A stretch of DNA of 63,390 bases, filler included, from Asterionella formosa (taxonomy: Eukaryota), in the NCBI GenBank assembly GCA_002256025.1. It is 20 parts of 20 records of this genome, joined end to end, with 100 filler letters (N's around TTAATTAATTAA, not from the genome) between each part and the next. Parts side by side here need not be neighbours in the genome. Positions count along the whole stretch, not along the records: positions 48,706 to 50,454 come from NKIB01001283.1; positions 50,555 to 52,302 come from NKIB01001285.1; positions 52,403 to 54,150 come from NKIB01001286.1; positions 54,251 to 55,998 come from NKIB01001287.1; positions 56,099 to 57,845 come from NKIB01001288.1; positions 57,946 to 59,696 come from NKIB01001290.1; positions 59,797 to 61,543 come from NKIB01001291.1; 13 more parts are not named here. One strand, 5' to 3'. Positions within the stretch are counted from its first letter, which is position 1. The number at the start of each line of letters is the position of its first letter. The notes under the pieces were generated by a model. The model did no database searches. It had not been told where the DNA came from and saw only the letters and a program-made list of their open reading frames with translations. The position numbers and the translations under genes were made by a program. This document shows positions 49,751-61,643 of this stretch, piece after piece.

Positions 49751-50454
49751 ATTGGTGAAGAAAGGAGGTATGGAAATTTTGTTGCCACAGTACTTATTAT
49801 CAGTCCACAAGCAACGAATATTTATTTCATATCCTGATGACCCATTGAATCAATATATGTTCATTCTGAGAATATCGATATTCGAAATGCCGGCAATGCT
49901 CTCGTGGACATCGAATACTGTGCTGGATAGAAATCGGCCTTACATTGGTGGAGGAAGATGGTTTGGAATACTGGTCATGCAGAAGCAGCACACAAGAACT
50001 GAAATATTACACCTCGTCCTGATGACCAATTTGATCAATATATGTTCGTTCTGAGAATATCGATATTCGAAATGAAGGCACTGATCTCGTATACATCGAA
50101 TACTATGCTGGATAAAAATCGGCCTTATATTGGTGGAGAAAGGTGATTTGGATTTTTTGATGCCACAGCTCTGATGATCAGTCCACAAGCATCCGAAAAT
50201 TTACACATCCTCATGTTTCCAGCATTGATCAATATATGTTCGTTCTGAGAAATATCGATATTCGAAATGACGGCACTGATCTCGTGTACATCGAATACTA
50301 TGCTGGATATAAATCGGCCTTATATTGGTGGAGAAAGATGGTTTGGAATTTTTGCAACCACAGCACTGATGTTCAGTCCACAGCAAGCACCGAGATTTTA
50401 CAAACCTTCCCGATGACCAATTTGATCAATATATGTTCATTCTGAGAATATCGA
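49751..50454. repeat. Satellite B, ~185-197-bp unit x~3.7
   Basis: caatatatgttc.ttctgag at 49851, 50036, 50230 and 50427. Confidence 0.92.
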
Positions 50455-50553
50455 NNNNNNNNNNNNNNNNNNNNNNNNNNNNNNNNNNNNNNNNNNNNTT
50501 AATTAATTAANNNNNNNNNNNNNNNNNNNNNNNNNNNNNNNNNNNNNNNNNNN

Positions 50554-50699
50554 NCGCACTGCGACGGCAGCTCGTGATTCAGGGTGTCCTTCGACGCCGA
50601 GGCGCCCTAGGAGATGCCGATCTGGGCGGCGGGGGAGGCGGCAAATGCAGAGCCGGCGGCCATCAGGGCCACGGCGGCGACGATCTTGGTGACTTGCAT
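50554..50699 (-). CDS. Bacterial secreted protein, 5' fragment
   Basis: MQVTKIVAAVALMAAGSAFA-ASP signal peptide after a GGAG ribosome-binding site. Contains one TAG near the contig end, possibly a base-call error. Confidence 0.55.
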
Positions 50700-50805
50700 G
50701 AAAAACTCCGGAATGAGCAAAGGGGAGCCCTTCCCACAGACGGGGTGGGCAAGGGTCGATAGAGGGCAAGAGAGAAGGCGCCGCACAGGGCGCCTTCAGC
50801 GCACG

Positions 50806-51732
50806 TCAGCGAGCGGCGCGGCGGCGGGCGACAAAGCCCACGGCGGCCAGGCCGGCCAGCAGCATGGCGTAGGTCTGGGGTTCCGGCACGGCGGAGACTT
50901 GGTAGGTCAGCGTCTGCGTTGCTTCGTCGAACTTGAAGGTGGCGGCTGCGCTGTCATCCAGCGCGGTGCCGATGCTGTCAACAGCGCCCAGTTGGCTGAC
51001 GATCGGAGCCCCGGCATTTGCTTGAGCACGCATCACATAGGCGGTGTCGGTGATGGCCACCAGGAAGTTGTTGCTGCCGATTTGCTGGGCGAAGTTGCCG
51101 ACGCCGTCCACAGCCATCGACTTGGCCAGGAAGGCATCGCCGGCCGCTGCGGTGCTGGAGCCAAACTTGCCGGTGGTGTGGGTGCTGCCAGCCACGGCGT
51201 TGTTGCCGTTGAACAGGGTCGCCACCTGGGTCGCGCCATTGGACACGGCTGCGTTCGTCACGCCGGTGTCTTCGCTGTTGTCGAAGTCCTTCGCGGTGGA
51301 GGTGAAGACCAGGTTCTGGGCGGCCACGGTGTTGGTGGCCGACACGGCGCCGGCGATGCCGTCAGCACCGATCACGCCCCAGGTGAAGGCACCGGCGTTG
51401 CTGGTCAGGAAAGACGCGGCGTTGCCATAGGCAAAGGTGCCGGCGACGGTGGCGCCGTTGAGCGAGACAGCGCCGGAAGACAGGTTCCAGCTGGCCGTGA
51501 TCGATTGGCCCGCGCTCAGCTTGCTGCCCGCCAGTGCGCCCTGAATCAGGTCAGACATCTGGTAGCCCAGGTCAACCACCAACGAGCTGCTGGTGTTGTC
51601 GCCCGACAGGGCCACGAAGGCCAGCGAGCTGTTGCCGAAGCTGGCACCGGTGGAGGTCTTCAGCGCGGCGTTGGCGCCGGTGGCAGCCACGAGGGCGACT
51701 GCAGCGACCAGCAGGTTCATCTTGAAATTCAT
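50806..51732 (-). CDS. Bacterial PEP-CTERM sorting-domain protein
   Basis: AGGAG SD upstream of ATG 51732; signal peptide MNLLVAAVALVAATGANA; C-terminus VPEPQTYAMLLAGLAAVGFVARRR. Confidence 0.95.
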   Translation of the reverse strand: MNFKMNLLVAAVALVAATGANAALKTSTGASFGNSSLAFVALSGDNTSSSLVVDLGYQMSDLIQGALAGSKLSAGQSITASWNLSSGAVSLNGATVAGTFAYGNAASFLTSNAGAFTWGVIGADGIAGAVSATNTVAAQNLVFTSTAKDFDNSEDTGVTNAAVSNGATQVATLFNGNNAVAGSTHTTGKFGSSTAAAGDAFLAKSMAVDGVGNFAQQIGSNNFLVAITDTAYVMRAQANAGAPIVSQLGAVDSIGTALDDSAAATFKFDEATQTLTYQVSAVPEPQTYAMLLAGLAAVGFVARRRAAR

Positions 51733-51965
51733 GCTCTCACTCCTGAGATGTGGGAAAGGTTGCGAACAGGGAACGGTTTCAAACAACCGTCAGGGCACTG
51801 TAGGAAGCGGCTGTGTCATGCCAAAGGTTGATTGCTGGGCAGGGCTAGTCCGTTCAGCGTGTTTGTTCACCAGTGGTTGCCGACGATGACAAGCATGGCC
51901 AAAAGCTGTGACAGCGTGGTCGGCTGCTGTGCTGGCCATGGTCCGTTCGGCAGGGCCCCAATGGC

Positions 51966-52302
51966 TCATCGCTGACCGGCCAGGCGGGTGTCGGCACCCG
52001 CGCGCAACAGCCGTTCCATCGCGTCCTGCTGGCCCACGTTGGCGGCGCTGTCCAGCGCGGTTTCGCGCTGGCGGTTGAGCTGGTCCACCGGCACGCCGGC
52101 GCGCAGCAGCTCGTCCAGGCAGTCCAGCCGCCCGGCCACGCTGGCCAGGTGCAGGGCGGTCTGGCCGGTGCTGCCCCAGCGCTGGGCATCGGCGCCGGCG
52201 CGCAGCAGCAGGCGCAGCGTGCTGCGCTGGCCGGTGAAGGCCGCAGCGCCCAGCGCGGTGAAGCCGTCCTCGCCGGCGCGGTCCAGATCGGCACCGCGCT
52301 GC
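51966..52302 (-). CDS. Bacterial ankyrin-repeat protein, 3' fragment
   Basis: Frame not in the ORF track: GADLD...GFTALGAAAFTGQ...GQTALHLASVAG...ETALDSAANVGQ...LLRAGAD, stop TGA at 51966. Confidence 0.88.
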
Positions 52303-52964
52303 NNNNNNNNNNNNNNNNNNNNNNNNNNNNNNNNNNNNNNNNNNNNTTAATTAATTAANNNNNNNNNNNNNNNNNNNNNNNNNNNNNNNNNNNNNNNNNN
52401 NNTAGTAGACTATTATACAAACTGGTAACAAAGCAAGTTGTGGTCATTTTGCTGAAATTGATAACCTGACGCAGGCCAGGCGTTTACGGTATTTACATAG
52501 AAAACATCATCAACTAACTCTTTTTTAAATCGTCTGTATGCATGGTGATCACCACTCGTGACATACTAGGTTTTATGCTGATTTTATTCTTAAAAATAGG
52601 GAAACGTCAAGAAAACACAATAATGACCGGGGCAATAGAGGGGCGGCCTGAAGCAAAAGTTAGCAAGTCTGCTTGCTTACGTTGCTTTATTCTCTAAACT
52701 CAAAATCGTTCTCCTTTTCTGGCCGAAGTGCTGAAAACAACTTATCGTAATGAACGGTTTTCAAAGTCGTTGGATTGGAAATTTATAACTGCCAGCATCA
52801 TTATGGCATCAACCCAATATAACTACTGGCATGAATTTACAGTAGGTACGCATATTATGTATCCATGTAAACTACTACAGTATGCATATCGACTGTTGAG
52901 TACACTATAATGAAGATACCGGTAATACAGTACTCTACCAGGTAGTATACTACCGGTCCTGATG

Positions 52965-53787
52965 TATTGTGCCGTAATTGTATTTTCCAAATCCTAGTTC
53001 CAACTTTGCATTCCTACCAAAGAACAAATAGTTGTTGGTGTAACAGAAAGACTACAATACTGACAAACCTCCCTCCTACCTCTTCGATGCACATCCTGCA
53101 TCATTTCTGCTGTTGGTTCATCAACTTGATAATTGTTGAAAAATTCTTCAAACTCCACATTTGAGGAATTTCTGGACTCTCAATCATCATTCTGCATACT
53201 TGTCACTCCTGCTACCACCAATAATACTAGTAGTCAGAACAAGTCAAAAATCCTTCAAGATGAGAGTCGATTGGCTGATGTCATCCAGCACCATACTTTC
53301 AAAACTAGGCGACATTGCATCTCGATCTGCTGGGAGTACAACCCAAGCATATAGTTCCAAAAACAAACTGTCAGCTCAGACTTCCCTCCTTCACCTGCTG
53401 TTGGTGTCCCATCACTCACACCTTCCTCTCCTTACCTGCAGGTAAGAAGTAGTCTACCGCTGCTGCATACCGAGTAACGTACCTGGTACCAATGGTACAT
53501 GAATGAGGATGGGGTTTAATTTTTGTGTACGACCAGTACCAGGTGGTACCTGGTACCAGTACAGCGTAATAGCTAATATGTACTCGTACGATAATCATGC
53601 ATACAGTTATGGTTTTAAACCATAAAATTCAACCCCTTAGTGAAACCGGGTTTAATTTTTCCATACCTACATGCTGTTGCAACACGGTCCTTCCACTTGT
53701 ATTTTCAGATCAATACCGTGCCAGGATTAAAATGACCAAGTAGACACAAACGAGAGGCCTACAGGAAAATACAATTACGGCACAATA
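52965..53787. mobile_element. Non-autonomous TIR element with TA ends (Tc1/mariner-type)
   Basis: tattgtgccgtaattgtattttcc (52965-52988) is the exact reverse complement of 53764-53787. Confidence 0.78.
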
Positions 53788-54890
53788 TGTTACAGGGGTT
53801 GTGCAGGATAGAGTTGAAAAGATGGAGTATTGTTGCTTGGCAAAGGATTGTGTGGGATATGATGACTACCCTACTTTGAGTTGCAATCTTTTCACTGCCA
53901 CATTGCAAATTGACAACATGTATGAGGCATATATTCCAGATAGAACAGTGCTGCCACATACTAGATTGCCAATCAATTGATATCTGCTGATCATCACACT
54001 GGTGGTCATACACAGCTAGTATGTACATAGGTTATTATTACACAGATGCATGATTTCATACTACTGTACTAGTTACATTATTTTTCACTATTTTTCAATA
54101 TATGTTGCTACACATTGATTTTTTCACTTCATTTCGGTTATATGTATATTNNNNNNNNNNNNNNNNNNNNNNNNNNNNNNNNNNNNNNNNNNNNTTAATT
54201 AATTAANNNNNNNNNNNNNNNNNNNNNNNNNNNNNNNNNNNNNNNNNNNNTGAATTGACATAAATACATTCCAAGTGCAAAGATTAGACAAATAACCATT
54301 GGATTGGGATAAGCAGGCCTTGAGAATCTTGACTGGTCACCTTTTAAATATTTATCCCTCAAAAGTGCTTGTTTTTGATCATCACAACGGCCATTGCAAT
54401 GGCCATCACTTACCTTCTCTTATTGCAAGTTTCCAACAAGCTCATGGAACATGGAACGAATGGTACTACATGTCACCAAGAACATCTGAGACTCAATGAG
54501 GATGGCATTGCTGGTCGATCATAGTTATAGCAAGGAGTTGATGGTGAAGATCAAACAATGACAAACAGAGGTATCATCATGGTGAGTGTAGCAATCAAGT
54601 GTGAGGCTGTGGCTCCTCAGTGCATGTGGCATGTATTTGTCAAGAGATTCATGATGGTTTATTATTTACAAGTGGTATGTTCATTCATATATTTAATGAA
54701 GAGGAAATGAATGACATCAACTAGGATGACTCTACTTTTATGTATTCAAAACAAATATTGGGTTGTGCTAAATTTTACAAATGTAGAACCAGCTACTGGT
54801 ACAATGGGCCGGTTTGTACCTGATGTACTTTGGGGGGGGCACCAAGCCATAATTTGGATCGAAGTTCTGTATCCTAGTACCGGTAGGTAC

Positions 54891-54930
54891 ATGGTATGGT
54901 ATGGTATGGTATGGTATGGTATGGTATGGT
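54891..54930. repeat. (ATGGT)8 microsatellite
   Basis: Direct reading. Confidence 0.95.
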
Positions 54931-55026
54931 ACAAGGTACCAGGTACAACAGGGGTCTTATCGTGAGAGACCACGTATGTACCACAGTCAAGTCCTTGCCT
55001 TTTTGCTTGGTGACGCTGGTTCCTAA

Positions 55027-55997
55027 GGGCCGTTCTTATCATTCTGTTATTTGTTGTCATTGGTGTATCATCGCCGAAATATGATACAAAAATGGCGGTT
55101 TGGTTTTTTTTGTGTATCACCAACGGTTTTTTTGGTCTGATCACCGGTGTATCATGGGTGTATCACTGATACAGTTTTTGGACCCCTGACCAATGCTGTA
55201 TCACTGATCAAGCCGTTGATCACTGTGTATCACGTCCGTTGCCACTGATAAAATAACTGTAGACATGCCAGCGCCAACTATATAATCTATTTTGTGGATG
55301 GGAAAATCAACATCAGCAACACAGCGCAACTTGAAAACGCCACTGGTGCAATCGATTGATCTAATGGCGTCTATAACACAAAGACTAACCTAACACCACT
55401 TTTTGCAAGCACTTTTGTCATATAATAGTATTATTGTAGTCGTATTAGCCGTAACAAATCAATAGTTCTGTTTGCAATCATATAAAATGACGAATGTTCC
55501 TCTTCTACATTGTTGATTCGCAATTTCTTATGCAATTTTAAAGATATATCTATATTTCCTTTTCTATTGCATCGTTCGTACAATGATATCTTAGACCGCA
55601 AAAGCGCAGCGACTCCTTTGCCATTTTGATGGAGAAATAGCTGATTATCGACATGGTCAATGTGTTGACGAGTCTCTCAATACCTGGTACCAGGGGCTAG
55701 TAGCATGTACCGCACAGGCTCCGTAAGATGATATGATATTTGTTTTTTATTCCGGTTGTTATTTTTATTTAAGCTACGCATATGCATATTACTGCTCATA
55801 TATATCTAGATGCTCGTAGCTGGCCTGTCACCGTTGACAATCCTTGTTACTCCATGATACACTGTGATCACAAATTAGTGATACAGTGACACTTTTGGAA
55901 TGAATGAAATTCAGTTCAAATCGAGTTACCGTTGCTGATACATTTTCAAAAAAATTCAAATTCCGTGATACACGAAAAAAAATGATAAGAACGGCCC
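55027..55997. mobile_element. Tourist-like (PIF/Harbinger) MITE
   Basis: TIRs gggccgttcttatcatt / aatgataagaacggccc. Left flank TAA; right flank starts with T then the gap. Many subterminal gtatca/tgatac motifs. Confidence 0.8.
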
Positions 55998-58906
55998 TNN
56001 NNNNNNNNNNNNNNNNNNNNNNNNNNNNNNNNNNNNNNNNNNTTAATTAATTAANNNNNNNNNNNNNNNNNNNNNNNNNNNNNNNNNNNNNNNNNNNNTT
56101 TTGCGCTTGGATTGGCATGTTATAATCACATCCACCATGTTGTTATTATTCTGTTGCTTTACTCAACAATAGAATATCCTCCCATGCTGCTTCAAATGGC
56201 TTTCTTTCCTTGTGATAGAAAAATATTATGTCTTGTTTTCTGCGCATGTAAAATATTTGGGTGTGTAGCACCAGATGTACAAGGGGGAGACAGGACCACG
56301 AGGAAGTTGTGACCAATATACCCTGCTATCTGCCTCTGGTACCAGGTACCTGGTACCAGTTTCGGTGATTTTGCTTCTTCGTGTACCAATACTCATTCCA
56401 AAAAGAAACGACAAATATTTCCCGACTCGGCAGCCGTTAAGAAATCGAAGTATGAAACTTATAACACCGCGCGCCTATCAATTTGGAATAGGAATCAGTA
56501 TTGCCGGTACGAAGTCGTACGTGGAACTAGATGTTGCAAAATTACCGCCGCTTTCAGAGGTACCTTCCGGTACCAGTACTGTATTGGAACAGATAAATTA
56601 GAACACCAGGGAGGAAAATGCGATGGAAGGCTGGTTTTGTATCGGAACCGATAAATATTTCGCGCTACTAAGTGAGGGCCCGGTTCACACAACTACTAGA
56701 ATGAAAATAGAACTCGTCCTTTATTCTGATGTGAACGTGACAATTTGTTTTCCACCAAATATTTGAGCAGTCGGCCGTTGTGAAACAGCATTGGGCGATA
56801 TAATATACGCCCGCGATGAACATACCGGTATATATGACGTTCAACTGGGTTTTGTCAATTTATGTACCGGTAGATGGAAATATTTAGCATAACATTTGTA
56901 ATTGAGAGAATGTACTCACGCCTACCGTAGATAGAACGCAAAAAAGCCGCATTTTTCGAGTACCCCGATTCTATAAACATAGAACAATTTTATATTTTCT
57001 ACGTAGCCCCCATGGAAAAATAAGCTTTTCTGCATTTTTGAGTCGCGGCAAATCGCCGCATCTGTTTTTGCCCAGAATGAGCACTGGTACTCAGCACTAC
57101 TGGTATGGTAGTGCATCATCATGCACCACTGATACCATGTACTGACATTTTAGTCAACGGCTGTTTGTTTACTATTGGAAATACCTGGTACATACCACGA
57201 TCTGTGAAAAACAATATCTGCAACAATGATGACGGCGTTGACTTGCTTTTCTTGGCTTCGTATTGGAGTCAAGACGCGTACCCTTACATAGACAAAACAT
57301 GTATGTAGGTCTACATATGCAGAGCGAATAGAAATTAACAGTCATGTCAACAAACATTTCGTTCAGTATAAAACGGTTTATATGAATATCATTGATAACA
57401 TCCGTGTATCAAATAGTTCATACAATGGTTATAAACATACTACATCCATGAAGATTGGCCATGCAAGTATATTATTTTGACTTATGTATGTACAGTAGTG
57501 GAAATAATGATGCCTTGTGAAAAATGGTGGTCGTGGAGTGACGTCCGATAATAACAGTCTCACCCGACTCAGCCGTTGTTTTCGCAAACGGGCTATTATT
57601 TAGCTATATGGGAACTACCGGTTAGAGTTGCATATATCATACATTTGTGCATATTGTAGATAAAATATTGTTTTCTTTACTACCGGTATGTACAATTTGC
57701 ACTGGTATGCCACTTCTCGTAGATGCATGATCTTACAATGCAGGTGATGTTGTACATCCGGACGAAAATGGAGCATCGCTCGCTGAATGACGGGGGATAT
57801 ACGCACTGTATTTTGTTGACAGCAGCATCACAGCCTTGTGCAGTGNNNNNNNNNNNNNNNNNNNNNNNNNNNNNNNNNNNNNNNNNNNNTTAATTAATTA
57901 ANNNNNNNNNNNNNNNNNNNNNNNNNNNNNNNNNNNNNNNNNNNNGATATCATGCTGGTTGACGATTCCATATGCGACATTGTAAACTGCATGTTCCGTT
58001 TTGCGGACTCCAGTCGAATCCAAGCTCATTGCTCTTGCATATTGTGGTCATTGGCCACACTTCATGAACCTTACGTAAAGGGCGTGATTGTAACATTGCT
58101 TGGCTGGGTAGCGTACACATAAGGCTATTTAAATAGTTACAACAAACATAGCAAATGTTGACTATTCCAAAAGCTCTACTAAAGTAGAACTTTAGCTAGC
58201 TCAAGAATGGATCTGACCTATAGGGATAGCTAGTGTGGCTATGTAAACCAACCCCAGATATATGATTCATCAGCTATAGACATGTTCTACTAACATTTAG
58301 CCTAGTAAAAGTCATAACCACACATTTCAGAACACTTATTACAATGTTTGATTTCGAAGTAGGATATCATACAGTGATTTCCTTATGGTTAAACGGTCAC
58401 CTCTACAAAGAAAGTAGAACTTATACTCTAGTTACCAGAAATTCATGAGTAATATATACTTAGTCAGTCTCAAAGTCAGCATTGAACTTGAAATAAATAA
58501 ACTAAGAATGGTTTATAATCCCCGATGTCTTGCACGTCATGGGTACTCTGGATAGGTGACTAGAAAGGTTCACAATGACATACAGGGCTCTCATCATCAT
58601 TTTTTCAAGCCCAGCTCAACCAGGCAATCGAAAATAGATTTAAATTTTTTTAGCTCACTCGTTTTAATCGTTCAACTCTGTTTGTTACCTCTGAACTAGT
58701 TTAGGATTGATCGCTTTGATGGCATATGGCTGACATTTCCATTTTGGGTTGCTGTTGGCATTTGTTGCAGCAAAAGCAACTTTGTCAGGAACACTGCCCA
58801 GCTCTGACCACCACGATATGTGCGACCCTCATTCAAACAATATCATCTCAGGAGCATTCATTTCAACTTGTATGTGTTAATGATTACTTAGCGATCCTGT
58901 TTTGAC

Positions 58907-59696
58907 AATTTACCATTGTTCAATTGTCAAAACTTATGATTTTTCTGCATACACATCATCTTGCAGAATTGTCTAAGTCTTTCTTTAGCATTTGCTGGAT
59001 TGTCAGTTCTTAGCAGAAAACCCACTGTTTTTTGGGTTAGTGCATTGGTCCATACACGCCGTCTCAGGATAATGGCCAAGGAAACGAGAAAACAACTGCC
59101 TTTTGACAGGGATGCAATCAATGAGAACCTGGCTTGGCGCATCCCTCTTGTCCTTAGAATTTGCGTTCAACACAGATGCAGCTTGGCCATCAGAGCGACA
59201 AGGAATCAAATATTTGCAGTTAGTTTTCTTGTTAGTTGGAAGCAATTGTCAATTTGGCTGACCACATGGAATTGACAGACACAACACACACACATATAGC
59301 TACAGGCAGCTTATACCATTGAGCGATGAATTGGATATTTTATACTTGAATGAGAAAAGGATGACCGGCCATCATGATTGAACTCTTGCTAAATGTGAGA
59401 ATCTAGAGGCTCCCTTACTTGTAATGTTTCCCTTGTCTAGTCTGCAGACTTGCTCTGTTTTATGGCCTTTTTGATGACAAGGTCATTGACAGGCACAGCC
59501 ATACCTTGTTGGATTTCCACTGTGGGTAATTGCATTCCAAGTGAAAAGACAATGTGGCATAAAGTACTACAATGCCTTTTTTGCAGTAATAGTTCATGGA
59601 ATAATACTGGCCAAGTGTTTGGTTATCATCCTTGTTTTCCCCAGGCTCCTCTACACTAAACTCACAGCTTGTAGTACTATCATTGGCTATTTGCCA
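58907..59696. repeat. Unclassified interspersed repeat, copy 2 (opposite orientation)
   Basis: Reverse complement aligns with 34876-35647. Confidence 0.9.
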
Positions 59697-59796
59697 NNNN
59701 NNNNNNNNNNNNNNNNNNNNNNNNNNNNNNNNNNNNNNNNTTAATTAATTAANNNNNNNNNNNNNNNNNNNNNNNNNNNNNNNNNNNNNNNNNNNN

Positions 59797-61543
59797 GCCA
59801 ATGTTGTCTACGTCACAATCAATAATATCTTGGTATTCGATAGATATAGAGACGGCGTCATCATATCAGACCAAACAATGATGACTGCAGTATTAGCAGA
59901 CAAAGGGCGTCGATCGAGGTCAACATCGCTTGCCCTATCCCTTGATGGCGAAGGCAAGGACGAGTGTCGGGAAAGATTATTGGAAAACTCTCTCCTTCCT
60001 GTTCAGATCTTGGAGTACATCTTGACGTTTTTACCAGATCAATGTGTTGCAACAATGTCTCGTGTTTGCCATGCATGGAATGCTGAAATCGAGTCATCGT
60101 CACCGGAGCTCTGGCGCCATATGCTCCAGAGAAGGGGTTGGCCCATTGCTCATGGCATTGATGATTTTGACGAACTCCGAGAGCAACTTCGGTCTGATTT
60201 CCTCTTGCATTATACCGTCGTTCGCGACATGTTAGCTGTGAAGGATGCTCTTGTTGTATTGCTGGATGGCGGCAAGAAGGCTGCAATTGGTGAAACAGAG
60301 ATGGTTTTTCAAGCTTTCTCGACACGAAGGACGGCTCCTCAGGAGTCTAACAATTGCGTTGCTACTGCAGTTTGGTCATCAAGTCAGATACTAGTGGCAT
60401 ATGCACACGACTGTACGCTTCGGCTCTTCAACGCTGTAGACAAGAGCTTGGAAGGAGGAAGCCCTAGATCATGTCGCGAACTCGTTTGTATCTGTATTGA
60501 CCCATTCCGAAAGACTAAGAAACATACAACAACTTTGATTGATATGGGATTGAGTCAAGATAGGATTGGTTGCCTTTGTCAGATACAAGCCTGTACCGGT
60601 ATGTCAGAATCATACATCCTGGCCGTGATTACTCGCGACGATTACCTCTCTTCTGATGGAAACAATCACAACGACATATTAGGGTCTGCTGACCTTGAAG
60701 ATGGAGTTCTGAAAGTGATCGATCTCGGAGAAGCAGTTCGAAATTACGTTATCAGTCTCGACGAGTCTGAGGGCCAATTATCTCGCCTTTCAGATTATCT
60801 TACAGAGGGTGGCGAGTTGACCGATGTGGAAGTTCATGTTGAACCGCGCCTTTTGGCGTGTGGATACGATCGTTTTTTATTGGAAGTGTCCATTTCTATT
60901 CCTGACGACGATACTCCTGATGATGAAAACGACAATGACGATGTTTTAAGAAGGATGGTGGTGGTGGGTAGGAAACTTGTTTTGATCTGTGCTGCACAAG
61001 GTTTGATCGTTTGGATGGGTGACAGTGTTTCCTCTGAACAAAGTGTTTTGCGACGAGAGGATATGTTGTCCATGGCTTGTCTGAAAAGCACTCGTGGTGG
61101 CGTAGGTCGAAATGCTTGCTTTTTTGTTGCAACATCGGCATCGTCGCCTGTAATTATGCATGCAGTTGTCGATATAACTGGTTATGTCCAACCAGTGCAG
61201 TTCATTGATGCAGCGGAAATTTTCTGGAGCGAGTTAAATGCAAACGGATTGGATGCAGAAGCTGCTAGTGCTGGTTCCACACGACCCATAGTTATGACTG
61301 ACACTGACATTGTTGTCGCATATTGTTTGAGACTTCAAATGGAAGCAGAGAACCCGCAGTTTAAGTCATTTGTCTCATTTTATCCTCGTCTTACTGAGGT
61401 CATATCATATCAAGCAATTCAACTTGATGGAAACTGTGAAGTGGTTGGAATGCAACAACTGCGAGATCATCACGTAGTCATATTTTGCAAAATTGGCACC
61501 ACTACTAATGTTGGTTTTGATGGAGGGTTCGACGAGGGGAATG
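59797..61543 (+). CDS. F-box protein, internal fragment (open across the whole contig)
   Basis: LLPVQILEYILTFLPDQCVATMSRVCHAWN...PELWRHML F-box, followed by a beta-rich region. Confidence 0.85.
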
Positions 61544-61643
61544 NNNNNNNNNNNNNNNNNNNNNNNNNNNNNNNNNNNNNNNNNNNNTTAATTAATTAAN
61601 NNNNNNNNNNNNNNNNNNNNNNNNNNNNNNNNNNNNNNNNNNN

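Larger units (their letters stand above)
28227..61643. other. Region containing 19 artificial 100-nt contig spacers (N44-TTAATTAATTAA-N44)
   Basis: Identical six-frame-stop linker every ~1850 nt (28271, 30127, 31983 ... 61588), with spacing that slowly decreases. Confidence 0.97.

Noticed and set aside
49233..50454. Possible CRISPR-like array
   Set aside because: Whole ~190-bp units are homologous, with no unique spacers and no cas genes; these are satellites.
50614..51831. 405-aa plus-strand ORF
   Set aside because: Antisense shadow of the GC-rich PEP-CTERM gene.
50554..52302. Horizontal transfer of a PEP-CTERM locus into the eukaryote
   Set aside because: Bounded by artificial spacers on both sides with no host junction; contamination is simpler.
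28271..61599. Regularly spaced TTAATTAATTAA palindromes as a biological signal
   Set aside because: Always embedded in N44 flanks; an assembly linker with stops in all frames.
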